Positions 8,770 through 15,838 of a stretch of 37,044 nucleotides of DNA are shown here, in pieces. Both the position numbers and the translations under genes were made by a program. The stretch is from a virus. The notes under the pieces are model-generated. The model had not been told where the DNA came from and did not search any database. It worked only from the letters and a program-made list of their open reading frames with translations. How positions within the stretch are numbered: position 1 is the stretch's first letter; the number at the start of each line of letters is the position of its first letter. The stretch covers positions 1-37,044 of the IMG/VR virus record IMGVR_UViG_3300045988_021519. One strand, written 5' to 3'.

Positions 8770-9058
8770 CGAAAAGGTATTCGAGCGTACTATGTCTAAG
8801 TACGTCGAGAGTAAAGGAGGGATGGCAGTTAAGCTGCTATCCCAATTTATTAACGGGCTTCCGGATCGAATGTACCTGTTACCAGGTGGGACGGTTATCT
8901 TTGTTGAGTTCAAGTCTACGGGCTGCAAACCTAGACCGATACAGCGCGTTATATTGGATCGGATCGCCGCGCTGGACTTCAATGTACGCGTAGTGTCGAA
9001 CCCGGAAGAATACAACGATTTGAAGGAATTAATAGACTTTTATGTTAACGGACGTTAA
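8750..9058 (+). CDS. VRR-NUC domain nuclease
   Basis: 102 aa. PD-(D/E)XK core GLPDRMYLLPGGTVIFVEFKSTG (D ... E-x-K). Size and pattern are typical of phage VRR-NUC proteins. Confidence 0.75.
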   Translation: MDPTETSEKVFERTMSKYVESKGGMAVKLLSQFINGLPDRMYLLPGGTVIFVEFKSTGCKPRPIQRVILDRIAALDFNVRVVSNPEEYNDLKELIDFYVNGR

Positions 9059-9103
9059 CTAAGAGCGTTTAATGCAGATCAAAGTTAAGAGTTTACCCTA
9101 TAT

Positions 9104-9134
9104 TTTGGTAGTATGAAAAGAACCCGTATCTTTG
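9104..9134 (+). promoter_or_regulatory. Bacteroidota-type promoter cassette, copy 2
   Basis: TTTG 9104-9107, a 19-nt spacer, TATCTTTG 9127-9134. The stretch 9125-9168 is 44/44 identical to 6912-6955. Confidence 0.7.
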
Positions 9135-9174
9135 AAATGTCAAAAGGAAATAAACCAATTAAAAATTAAAGAAT

Positions 9175-9351
9175 ATGGAAATTAACAGATACGCATGGTT
9201 ACTTAAGGTTGTTGATCATTCAGAACCGGAACTTAAAATTAGTTATGTAGACCTGTACGGGTTAACAGAGGGCGAAGCAGTAGCAAAGGTACACGAGATA
9301 AAGGATAAATCTCTACAGTGTAAATTATACAGGCTATACGTAGTTATATAA
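9175..9351 (+). CDS. hypothetical protein (58 aa)
   Basis: ATG 9175 comes right after the duplicated leader (MEINRYAWLLKVVDHSEPELK...YVVI*). Below the track size cutoff. Confidence 0.55.
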   Translation: MEINRYAWLLKVVDHSEPELKISYVDLYGLTEGEAVAKVHEIKDKSLQCKLYRLYVVI

Positions 9352-9367
9352 ACAAGAAGAATTTAAT

Positions 9368-9410
9368 TAACCCGGGCGGGTAACACCGCCCATAACACCC
9401 AAAAGATATG
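9368..9410 (+). repeat. Intergenic hairpin element, copy 1
   Basis: TAACCC-GGGCGG-GTAACA-CCGCCC-ATAACACCCAAAAGATATG. Stem GGGCGG (9374-9379) pairs with CCGCCC (9386-9391). It is homologous to 9633-9675. Confidence 0.8.
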
Positions 9411-9632
9411 AAAGCAACTATCGAATTAACAAGAAGAACCGCTCTAGAGGATGTAATAATCAGAAATGACAATTCCGAAAAATCACGGATGATCAAGGAA
9501 AAACAAAGAGCGCTTGAAAACGCTAGAGAAAACGCCGAGTATTACCGGTCCATAGGGCAAAATGAGTTTGCAGATAATGAAGCTAGCAGGGCGCGTTTAT
9601 TGGAAAGACAAATCAAATCATTAAAAAATTAA
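9408..9632 (+). CDS. hypothetical coiled-coil protein (74 aa)
   Basis: The ATG is embedded at the 3' end of hairpin element copy 1. The sequence is charged and helical. Confidence 0.6.
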   Translation: MKATIELTRRTALEDVIIRNDNSEKSRMIKEKQRALENARENAEYYRSIGQNEFADNEASRARLLERQIKSLKN

Positions 9633-9675
9633 TAACCCGGCGGGGTAACACCCGCCATAACACCCAAAAGATATG
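9633..9675 (+). repeat. Intergenic hairpin element, copy 2
   Basis: TAACCC-GGCGGG-GTAACA-CCCGCC-ATAACACCCAAAAGATATG. Stem GGCGGG (9639-9644) pairs with CCCGCC (9651-9656). Two stem positions are swapped relative to copy 1, with compensating changes. Confidence 0.8.
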
Positions 9676-10110
9676 AAAAAGTTAATCAGTATTTTAGCAG
9701 TAGTTTTGTTATCAGTTAGCGCAATGGCGCAAGTATCAACCGCAAGCGGGAGTCTAAAAACGCTTAAGTCTTTCCGCCTGGGAGTTTGTAAGATCGTGGA
9801 AGTCACGAAGGGCGACGCGGTAACCTATCAGATCACCGGACAAGCAGCCGGAACAACCTCAATAGAATTGAATGTAGCGTTAGGAGATGCGGACAAGGCG
9901 GTTACGACGCTATTAAGTCTGGCCGAGTACAAACCATCAAGTAGCGACGAAGTTGTAAACCTCAACAACCCAGGGGATCACACTGCGCAGTATTGGAAAC
10001 TTAATGCGGTTTGGATGATCCAAAGTACAGGAAAGCAATTCACCCTTAACGTCTCTAGGGGCGAATTAAAGAAGATGGCAGAAGCAATTAATAAATCTCT
10101 AAACAAATAA
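9673..10110 (+). CDS. secreted/periplasmic protein with cleavable signal peptide
   Basis: Starts MKKLISILAVVLLSVSAMA|QVST, a classic n-h-c signal peptide with an AxA site and Gln at +1. Confidence 0.7.
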   Translation: MKKLISILAVVLLSVSAMAQVSTASGSLKTLKSFRLGVCKIVEVTKGDAVTYQITGQAAGTTSIELNVALGDADKAVTTLLSLAEYKPSSSDEVVNLNNPGDHTAQYWKLNAVWMIQSTGKQFTLNVSRGELKKMAEAINKSLNK

Positions 10111-10114
10111 GATC

Positions 10115-10543
10115 ATGGAAGTATATAGAAACAATAGCGGCGAGATCCTGGAAGTATCTAAATTACCTAACGGACGAATAAAGTTATCACAGGTGTGGAA
10201 CGCAGGCCGCCGGGAGTCAAAGAGCGTAGGCACCGTCAAGGAACTAAACGCGTTCTTATACAACAATGGTTACCACCTTGCAATGACAGAACGTAGCAAA
10301 CGTTTTGGCCGTAACTTCACGGAGAACGATCTAAGCGATGAACTGCTGATGATCATACCTAACTCGGAGCTGGCCGTAGAGCATAATGGAGATATTTTTT
10401 CTTGTTGGTTTCTGGCCGACAATGCCGACGGAACGGTAGAGGTATCATGCAACGCACCATTTGCCGCGGTTAACTGGCAAGGGTATAAAGTGGTAACGTT
10501 GAACCTTTCAGATTTAATTGTAATTCAAGGAGGGATCGAATAA
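10115..10543 (+). CDS. hypothetical protein (142 aa)
   Basis: ORF 4 nt after the previous stop. Its stop overlaps the next start (TAATG). Confidence 0.65.
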   Translation: MEVYRNNSGEILEVSKLPNGRIKLSQVWNAGRRESKSVGTVKELNAFLYNNGYHLAMTERSKRFGRNFTENDLSDELLMIIPNSELAVEHNGDIFSCWFLADNADGTVEVSCNAPFAAVNWQGYKVVTLNLSDLIVIQGGIE

Positions 10544-10971
10544 TGGTAGATTTCAATAAGAAACTAAAGGTAGACCGTATCAATCTATTTTGTGATGTGG
10601 TTACGAAAATGGCGCACGGCACGCCCGCCGAGGGCTACGCGATTGGAGACGCTATAAAGCAATTGCCCGAGAACTTGCAACAGTATTTAATATCAGAAGT
10701 ACCGGACAGCATACTACGCAGGGAATACAGCCGCCGGGAACTGCACAAGGGCGACAACGTAGCGTTCGAAGGGGCTGACACGATAGCCGAGGTTTACAAG
10801 GAAGAAGTGTTTAACGCTAACCGGGCGGAAGCCCTGAAGGACTTGTTAGGGATCAAATCAAAATTCCCCGATATACTGGACATAATCGCCGAGGTCCTTA
10901 AGTGTTTCCCGGAGCGGTACACGCTAGATGATATTTACGATATGTTATATAAAAAAGATTTAGGATTATGA
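10543..10971 (+). CDS. hypothetical protein (142 aa)
   Basis: Translationally coupled on both sides, with AAGGAGGG upstream. Confidence 0.65.
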   Translation: MVDFNKKLKVDRINLFCDVVTKMAHGTPAEGYAIGDAIKQLPENLQQYLISEVPDSILRREYSRRELHKGDNVAFEGADTIAEVYKEEVFNANRAEALKDLLGIKSKFPDILDIIAEVLKCFPERYTLDDIYDMLYKKDLGL

Positions 10972-11447
10972 GCGAAGGATTCAAAAAATCTAGTTCGTAC
11001 TCTGACGAGTGGTACACACCAAAGTTCATTATAGACTGTTTAGGCAAATTTGATTTAGACCCGTGCGCGCCTAGCGTACCATTATTCAAAACCGCCGAAG
11101 TAATGTATAACGAGTTCGACGACGGACTAGCGCAAAAATGGGAGGGGCGTGTGTGGCTTAACCCGCCCTATTCCCGCCCGCTGATAGGCAAATTTATGCG
11201 CCGGATGACAGAGCACAACCGGGGGACGGCCCTAATCTTTTCGAGGACTGACACGGAACTGTTTCACACGGAAGTGTTCAACAAAGCGACCGCGGTTAAG
11301 TTCCTCAAAGGTAGAATCAAGTTTCTAAGGCCTGACGGTACAGAAGCCGGGACGCCCGGATGTGGTAGCGTGTTAATCGCGTACGGCGAGGAGGACGCGA
11401 ATATATTAGAATGTAATGAACTGGAAGGAAAATTTGTAAGATTATGA
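10968..11447 (+). CDS. DNA N6-adenine methyltransferase, phage Dam (PF05869-like) type
   Basis: Motifs SDEWYTP, FDLDPCA and VWLNPPYS, in a protein of about 160 aa, as in the small phage Dam family. Confidence 0.85.
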   Translation: MSEGFKKSSSYSDEWYTPKFIIDCLGKFDLDPCAPSVPLFKTAEVMYNEFDDGLAQKWEGRVWLNPPYSRPLIGKFMRRMTEHNRGTALIFSRTDTELFHTEVFNKATAVKFLKGRIKFLRPDGTEAGTPGCGSVLIAYGEEDANILECNELEGKFVRL

Positions 11448-11662
11448 AAACAATAAGAGTAGACGGACGTACATACGCCGCGGTGGAAGTAGACGAGAAC
11501 GTAGCATGCAAAGGCTGCATATTTTATACGGTCGGGTGGGACATGAATACACCACGATGCACCGCGGCTAATATTCCGGAGTTTCAATGTGTTTCAGTAG
11601 TGGGAGATGAGGAGAAGAACGTAATATTTAAATTAATGGCTAACAATGTTACAGAGGAGTAA
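11444..11662 (+). CDS. small four-Cys (zinc-ribbon-like) protein, paralogue of 13975..14178
   Basis: GRTYAAVE...CKGCIF...C...C...NVIFK. The same ordered signature occurs in the 13975 ORF. Confidence 0.6.
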   Translation: MKTIRVDGRTYAAVEVDENVACKGCIFYTVGWDMNTPRCTAANIPEFQCVSVVGDEEKNVIFKLMANNVTEE

Positions 11663-13019
11663 TTTACACGGCTATCAGCGTACCGCCGTCCAGCACATCA
11701 AGGATCACCCCGACGCGGCTCTATTCCTTGATATGGGACTGGGAAAGACGGTGAGCACGCTAACAGCCGTAGCCGATCTCATCAACGAGTTCGAGGTTAC
11801 GAAGGTGCTGATAGTAGCGCCAAAGCGAGTAGCCGAAATGACCTGGGGCGATGAGATCGAGAACTGGGCGCACATCTCGCATTTACGTTTGTCAGTCATT
11901 AAAGGCACCGCCAAACAACGCGAGATCGCCGCACGGGCGGAAGCCGACGTTTACACAGTGAGCCGTGACAATCTCGTATGGCTTCTGCAAATGTGGGGCG
12001 GGTCTAAGGTACCGTACGACATGTTAGTACTGGACGAGTTAAGCAGCTTCAAGAACCACCAATCTAAACGCTTCAAGGCCGCAAAGATAATACGCCGGAG
12101 TGTTAGCCGGGTGGTGGGTCTGACGGGTACGCCCGCGCCAAACGGACTAATAGACCTATGGGCGCAGATGTATTTAGTCGATGGCGGGCAAAGACTGGGA
12201 AAGACAATCACCGATTACCGGGCCAACTACTTCAGACCGGGCGCGCAGAACGGCGGCATAGTGTACGAGTACAAACCACTCGCAACAACCGAGGCAGTAT
12301 TAGGTGAGAAGATAGCCGACATCACGTTATCAATGAAAGCCCTAGACTTCCTGGACATGCCGGAACTCACATACCTCAACAACTACGTGGAGTTATCGCC
12401 AAAGGTGAAGAAGCAGTACGATAAGTTCGAAGAGGATCAAGTGCTAGAGCTTATGCAGGAAGAAGAAATTACAGCGCTAAGCGCCGCCGCCCTATCAAAC
12501 AAGCTCTTACAGTTCGCAGGCGGTGCGATCTACGACGCAGACCGGAACGTACATACCGTGCACGATGAGAAGCTAGAGACGTTAGTAGAGATGGTAGAGG
12601 CTGCGAACGGGTCGCCCGTACTGGTGGCGTACAACTTCCAGCACGAGAAGGCGCGCATACTAGAGGCTCTAAAGAGTTTCGGGGCGGAAGCCCTCGAAGG
12701 CGTGGATAGCGTACGCAGGTGGAACGAAGGGAAAATACCCGTCTTAGTGACACACCCGGCTAGCGCGGGGCACGGTCTGAATATGCAGAAGGGCGGCAAC
12801 CGGATAATATGGTACGGTACTACTTGGAGCTTGGAGTTATACCAGCAGTTCAACGCGCGGTTATGGAGGCAGGGACAAAAGAATAGCGTGTTTGTCCATC
12901 ACATCATAACGCGGGGTACGATTGACGAAAGGGTTATAGCGGCTCTAAGCGGAAAGGCCGATACACAAAATGGTTTAATGGATATGGTTAAAGAACTAAT
13001 TAAAAAATATAGATTATGA
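11646..13019 (+). CDS. SNF2-family helicase/ATPase
   Basis: Motif I DMGLGKT; motif II LVLDELSSF; motif III LTGTPAPNGLIDLW; C-terminal HPASAGHGLNMQ and RLWRQGQ. Confidence 0.9.
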   Translation: MLQRSNLHGYQRTAVQHIKDHPDAALFLDMGLGKTVSTLTAVADLINEFEVTKVLIVAPKRVAEMTWGDEIENWAHISHLRLSVIKGTAKQREIAARAEADVYTVSRDNLVWLLQMWGGSKVPYDMLVLDELSSFKNHQSKRFKAAKIIRRSVSRVVGLTGTPAPNGLIDLWAQMYLVDGGQRLGKTITDYRANYFRPGAQNGGIVYEYKPLATTEAVLGEKIADITLSMKALDFLDMPELTYLNNYVELSPKVKKQYDKFEEDQVLELMQEEEITALSAAALSNKLLQFAGGAIYDADRNVHTVHDEKLETLVEMVEAANGSPVLVAYNFQHEKARILEALKSFGAEALEGVDSVRRWNEGKIPVLVTHPASAGHGLNMQKGGNRIIWYGTTWSLELYQQFNARLWRQGQKNSVFVHHIITRGTIDERVIAALSGKADTQNGLMDMVKELIKKYRL

Positions 13020-13741
13020 AATACATGGGTAGTAAACGGCGGATAGCCGAACAAATTTTGGCCATTATATTAGAAGGTAGAAAAGATGGTCAATACTATG
13101 TAGAGCCATTTTGCGGCGGGTGTAATACGATAGATAAAGTACCGGGTAATAGAATAGCTAATGATAGCAACCCATATTTAATTGCGATGTGGGAAGCGTT
13201 ATCCTGGGGGTGGGACCCGCCAAAGACCATAAGCAGGGAGCACTATCTCGACGTGCGGACATGTTATAAACAAAATTCGGACAAATATCCGATGCATTAT
13301 ATCGGGTGGGTTGGTTTTATGGGGTCTTTTAACGGCACGTTTTGTTGCGGGTACACGGGCCATTCAGTTATGGACGCGCGCGGGGGAGTTACGGACTACA
13401 TAGGCCGAGCAGTCCGTAACATATTAGCACAAGTTCCCCTACTAGACGGGGTACAATTCACTAATTGCGATTATGCAGATATGATTATCCCCCCTAATTC
13501 TATTATATATTGCGACCCTCCGTATGCGGGAGTAACAAAGTATGAATACCCGATAGACCACGAAAAATTCTGGGCTTGGTGCCGGGAGAAAGTGGCCGAA
13601 GGGCATAAGGTGTTTGTTTCTGAATACAACGCCCCGGACGATTTCGGTTGCGTGTGGGAACAAAAGCTTAGGGTATGTGTTACTCCAGGTGGGAATAAAC
13701 AAGCGATAGAGAAATTATTTATTCATAAATCACAATTATAG
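13016..13741 (+). CDS. DNA adenine methyltransferase, D12 class (Dam-like)
   Basis: N-terminal KYMGSKRR, AdoMet motif YVEPFCGG and catalytic CDPPYAG. Sequence specificity cannot be read from the sequence. Confidence 0.85.
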   Translation: MKYMGSKRRIAEQILAIILEGRKDGQYYVEPFCGGCNTIDKVPGNRIANDSNPYLIAMWEALSWGWDPPKTISREHYLDVRTCYKQNSDKYPMHYIGWVGFMGSFNGTFCCGYTGHSVMDARGGVTDYIGRAVRNILAQVPLLDGVQFTNCDYADMIIPPNSIIYCDPPYAGVTKYEYPIDHEKFWAWCREKVAEGHKVFVSEYNAPDDFGCVWEQKLRVCVTPGGNKQAIEKLFIHKSQL

Positions 13742-13744
13742 AGT

Positions 13745-13987
13745 ATGAAAACAACAAATTACAAAGTGGGCGATATTGTAGAACTGGTAGACGGTGTACA
13801 ATACGTGTATCGAGGAAAGAACCGGAAAGAAGGGTACCATGTGTATGATCCGGTACTGCCGGACAGGTTATCAACTTTTTGGACGATCTCGGAAGAAAAG
13901 TGTGTAAAGTACGGTTATAATATAGGTGCAGTTCCGCTTGTTTGGAAAATGGATGCAAAATTGATAAAACGGGTATGGAAAAAGTAA
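13745..13987 (+). CDS. hypothetical protein (80 aa), N-terminal paralogue of 14175..14657
   Basis: MKTTNYKVGDIVELVDG... aligns with MKTTDYKKGNVVLLIDG...; both also have a KR.W.K motif near residue 75. Confidence 0.6.
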   Translation: MKTTNYKVGDIVELVDGVQYVYRGKNRKEGYHVYDPVLPDRLSTFWTISEEKCVKYGYNIGAVPLVWKMDAKLIKRVWKK

Positions 13988-14178
13988 AGCTTATATTTTT
14001 CGAGCCAGGACAGAAGGCCGAGCACGAAGGCGTGACATACATAGCCGAGTTACAAGCGAAAGGCGGACTATGTGCCGGGTGCGCATTCAACAAGCGCGGC
14101 GAGCCGTGCATGTGTCCTAGGGGATGGGTGTGCATAGATATAATTGATAGTAGTAACATAATATTTAAGAATGTATGA
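13975..14178 (+). CDS. small four-Cys protein, paralogue of 11444..11662
   Basis: GVTYIAEL...CAGCAF...CMC...C...NIIFK. The start is ambiguous (ATG 13942 or 13975); 13975 minimises overlap with the upstream gene. Confidence 0.55.
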   Translation: MEKVKLIFFEPGQKAEHEGVTYIAELQAKGGLCAGCAFNKRGEPCMCPRGWVCIDIIDSSNIIFKNV

Positions 14179-14657
14179 AAACAACAGATTACAAGAAAGG
14201 TAATGTAGTATTATTGATTGATGGCGGACGCAATGCGCGCTTCGAGTATTTAGGCGAAGTGTCCGTTAAGGGCGTTGTGTCGAACGCATATAGACCGCTA
14301 GACGGAAAGACCGGGTACGCCACAAGTGAGACCGACGCCGAGGGTGAGTTCGTGCCGTTCGCCAGCAAGTTAGCCGTCGAGGTGGTAAAGAGGAAGTGGT
14401 ATCAGAAGATAGGCGATTGGTGGAAGGCGTCGAACCGCTGGAAGCATTTCTTATTTGCGATCCCGCTTGGCGCGGTGTGCGGCGCTCCGTTCACTACGGG
14501 CGTATGTTTGGGTATGGTAGTTAAGGATCATTTGTACGGAGGTCGGGCCGATTTTGTGGACTTCCTTCTAACCGCGGTTGGCGGGGCGATCGGGCACGGC
14601 GTTATGTTGGCCATTGATTTGGACTATGTGATAGGGTTTTTAATTAGTTTAATTTAA
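14175..14657 (+). CDS. membrane protein: soluble N-domain (paralogue of 13745) plus C-terminal transmembrane helices
   Basis: ATGA overlap with the upstream gene. C-terminal hydrophobic segments are FLFAIPLGAVCGAPFTTGVCLGMVV and FLLTAVGGAIGHGVMLAI...IGFLISLI. Confidence 0.65.
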   Translation: MKTTDYKKGNVVLLIDGGRNARFEYLGEVSVKGVVSNAYRPLDGKTGYATSETDAEGEFVPFASKLAVEVVKRKWYQKIGDWWKASNRWKHFLFAIPLGAVCGAPFTTGVCLGMVVKDHLYGGRADFVDFLLTAVGGAIGHGVMLAIDLDYVIGFLISLI

Positions 14658-14663
14658 AAAGTT

Positions 14664-14951
14664 ATGGAAAATATGAATTACTTATTTGAGATGAGACAGA
14701 TTGAAGAGATGCAGAAAGCAACGGGCCGTTTCAAGACAGCCCTAGGGAAAGAGGGTAAACCGCAGTGCGAACGTATTACAAAGCTCGCGCCCGATAAAGT
14801 GGAGGTTTACGCCGAGCGTGTACCGCGTACGGCTAAAGAGATTACAACCATTACGATTTACAGGAAGAGCGAGCCGGAACGCCGGGTGGACTTATCGAGA
14901 GTTGAGGCGCTACGGCTGATCGGTGAACTTAAAGAAGCATTGAAGCTATGA
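14664..14951 (+). CDS. hypothetical protein (95 aa)
   Basis: ORF in the operon; its stop overlaps the next ATG. Confidence 0.6.
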   Translation: MENMNYLFEMRQIEEMQKATGRFKTALGKEGKPQCERITKLAPDKVEVYAERVPRTAKEITTITIYRKSEPERRVDLSRVEALRLIGELKEALKL

Positions 14952-15049
14952 TGAAGGAATTTATGAAATGGCTAGGGCAAATGGTCCTGGCGATAGCGGC
15001 GGGGATCGCGCTTGGTTGTATTTTAGTATGTATCTTAAATAATTTATAG
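14948..15049 (+). CDS. possible 33-aa membrane peptide
   Basis: ATGA overlap. It encodes MMKEFMKWLGQMVLAIAAGIALGCILVCILNNL, ends 1 nt before the next ATG, and fills an otherwise unexplained 100-nt gap. Confidence 0.45.
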   Translation: MMKEFMKWLGQMVLAIAAGIALGCILVCILNNL

Positions 15050-15050
15050 T

Positions 15051-15590
15051 ATGCCGACACCATATATTAAGAAAAAACAGAGAAAAGTGTTGCTTATCGA
15101 AGATATGGCACGAGTTTATAATCTTCATGCGTTTTTCATCTTCAACTGGCTTGAAGCGAACGGCGTGAAGTACGCCAAGGTGAAGGGCAAACCGTTTCAC
15201 GCCGTAAATGCCGAGATATTCTGCGAGGTGATCCGGGATATAATGTACGCGGCTAGCAGGGTGCGTGATGACAGGAATGTCCGGACCGACCCGGAACGCA
15301 TACCGACAGTAGAGAATATGCTATACCGTGACAAGGATAAGAAGCGTGTAGGACCTTACGAGAATGACGATATAGAGCGGCCGATCTACACGAGCGGGGA
15401 CACCGAGACGAACAAATATGGCATAGAGGTTTCAATGCTGTACCGGGTGAATATGTACTGCGATGGTAGTAGGACGCTAGACAAGCTGAACCACCGTACT
15501 TTGAGATGGGAAAACATAGAAGGGGCGGAGAAATGGAAATGTAAAGAAATTTTGGACGACTGGAAAGTTTTATACGGGTTGATTATGTAG
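15051..15590 (+). CDS. hypothetical protein with an N-terminal excisionase/MerR-like HTH resemblance; last gene before the late region
   Basis: VLLIEDMARVYNLHAFFIFNWLEANGVKYAKVKGKPF resembles the HTH_17 pattern (L.I.E.A......T....W...G.....K..GK.F). The match is weak and judged by eye only. Confidence 0.6.
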   Translation: MPTPYIKKKQRKVLLIEDMARVYNLHAFFIFNWLEANGVKYAKVKGKPFHAVNAEIFCEVIRDIMYAASRVRDDRNVRTDPERIPTVENMLYRDKDKKRVGPYENDDIERPIYTSGDTETNKYGIEVSMLYRVNMYCDGSRTLDKLNHRTLRWENIEGAEKWKCKEILDDWKVLYGLIM

Positions 15591-15597
15591 GAATTGG

Positions 15598-15630
15598 GGG
15601 GTTAATGTATAAAAACGTTAACCCCTTTTT
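15598..15630 (+). terminator. Rho-independent terminator (first of a tandem pair)
   Basis: GGGGTTAA (15598-15605) pairs with TTAACCCC (15618-15625), followed by TTTTT. Confidence 0.75.
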
Positions 15631-15655
15631 GTGTTAAAACCGTTAACACGCTTTT
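15631..15655 (+). terminator. Second hairpin of the tandem terminator
   Basis: GTGTTAA (15631-15637) pairs with TTAACAC (15643-15649), followed by GCTTTT. Confidence 0.55.
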
Positions 15656-15667
15656 GGCGCACTTCTC

Positions 15668-15697
15668 AAAAAACTTTGTGAGAAAAAACTTTGTGAG
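15668..15697 (+). repeat. Perfect 15-bp tandem direct repeat AAAAAACTTTGTGAG x2
   Basis: 15668-15682 is identical to 15683-15697. A partial third copy (AGAAAAGTTT) follows. The region is non-coding. Confidence 0.9.
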
Positions 15698-15838
15698 AGA
15701 AAAGTTTAATTTTAACGGTATTTTAGCTAAAAAGCCCATTTTTGACAAAAAAGTAGTGAAAACGTCTTTTACATTGTCATTTCATGTTTTACGGCTGACC
15801 CGCCCCACAAGACGCAGAACGCATTTTTCAAGTTTTTG

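Noticed and set aside
13719-14159. 146-aa minus-strand ORF spanning three small + strand genes
   Set aside because: The translation is His/Pro/Ser-rich and non-protein-like. The + strand ORFs here have paralogues elsewhere in the genome and ATGA-type coupling, which supports the + strand reading.
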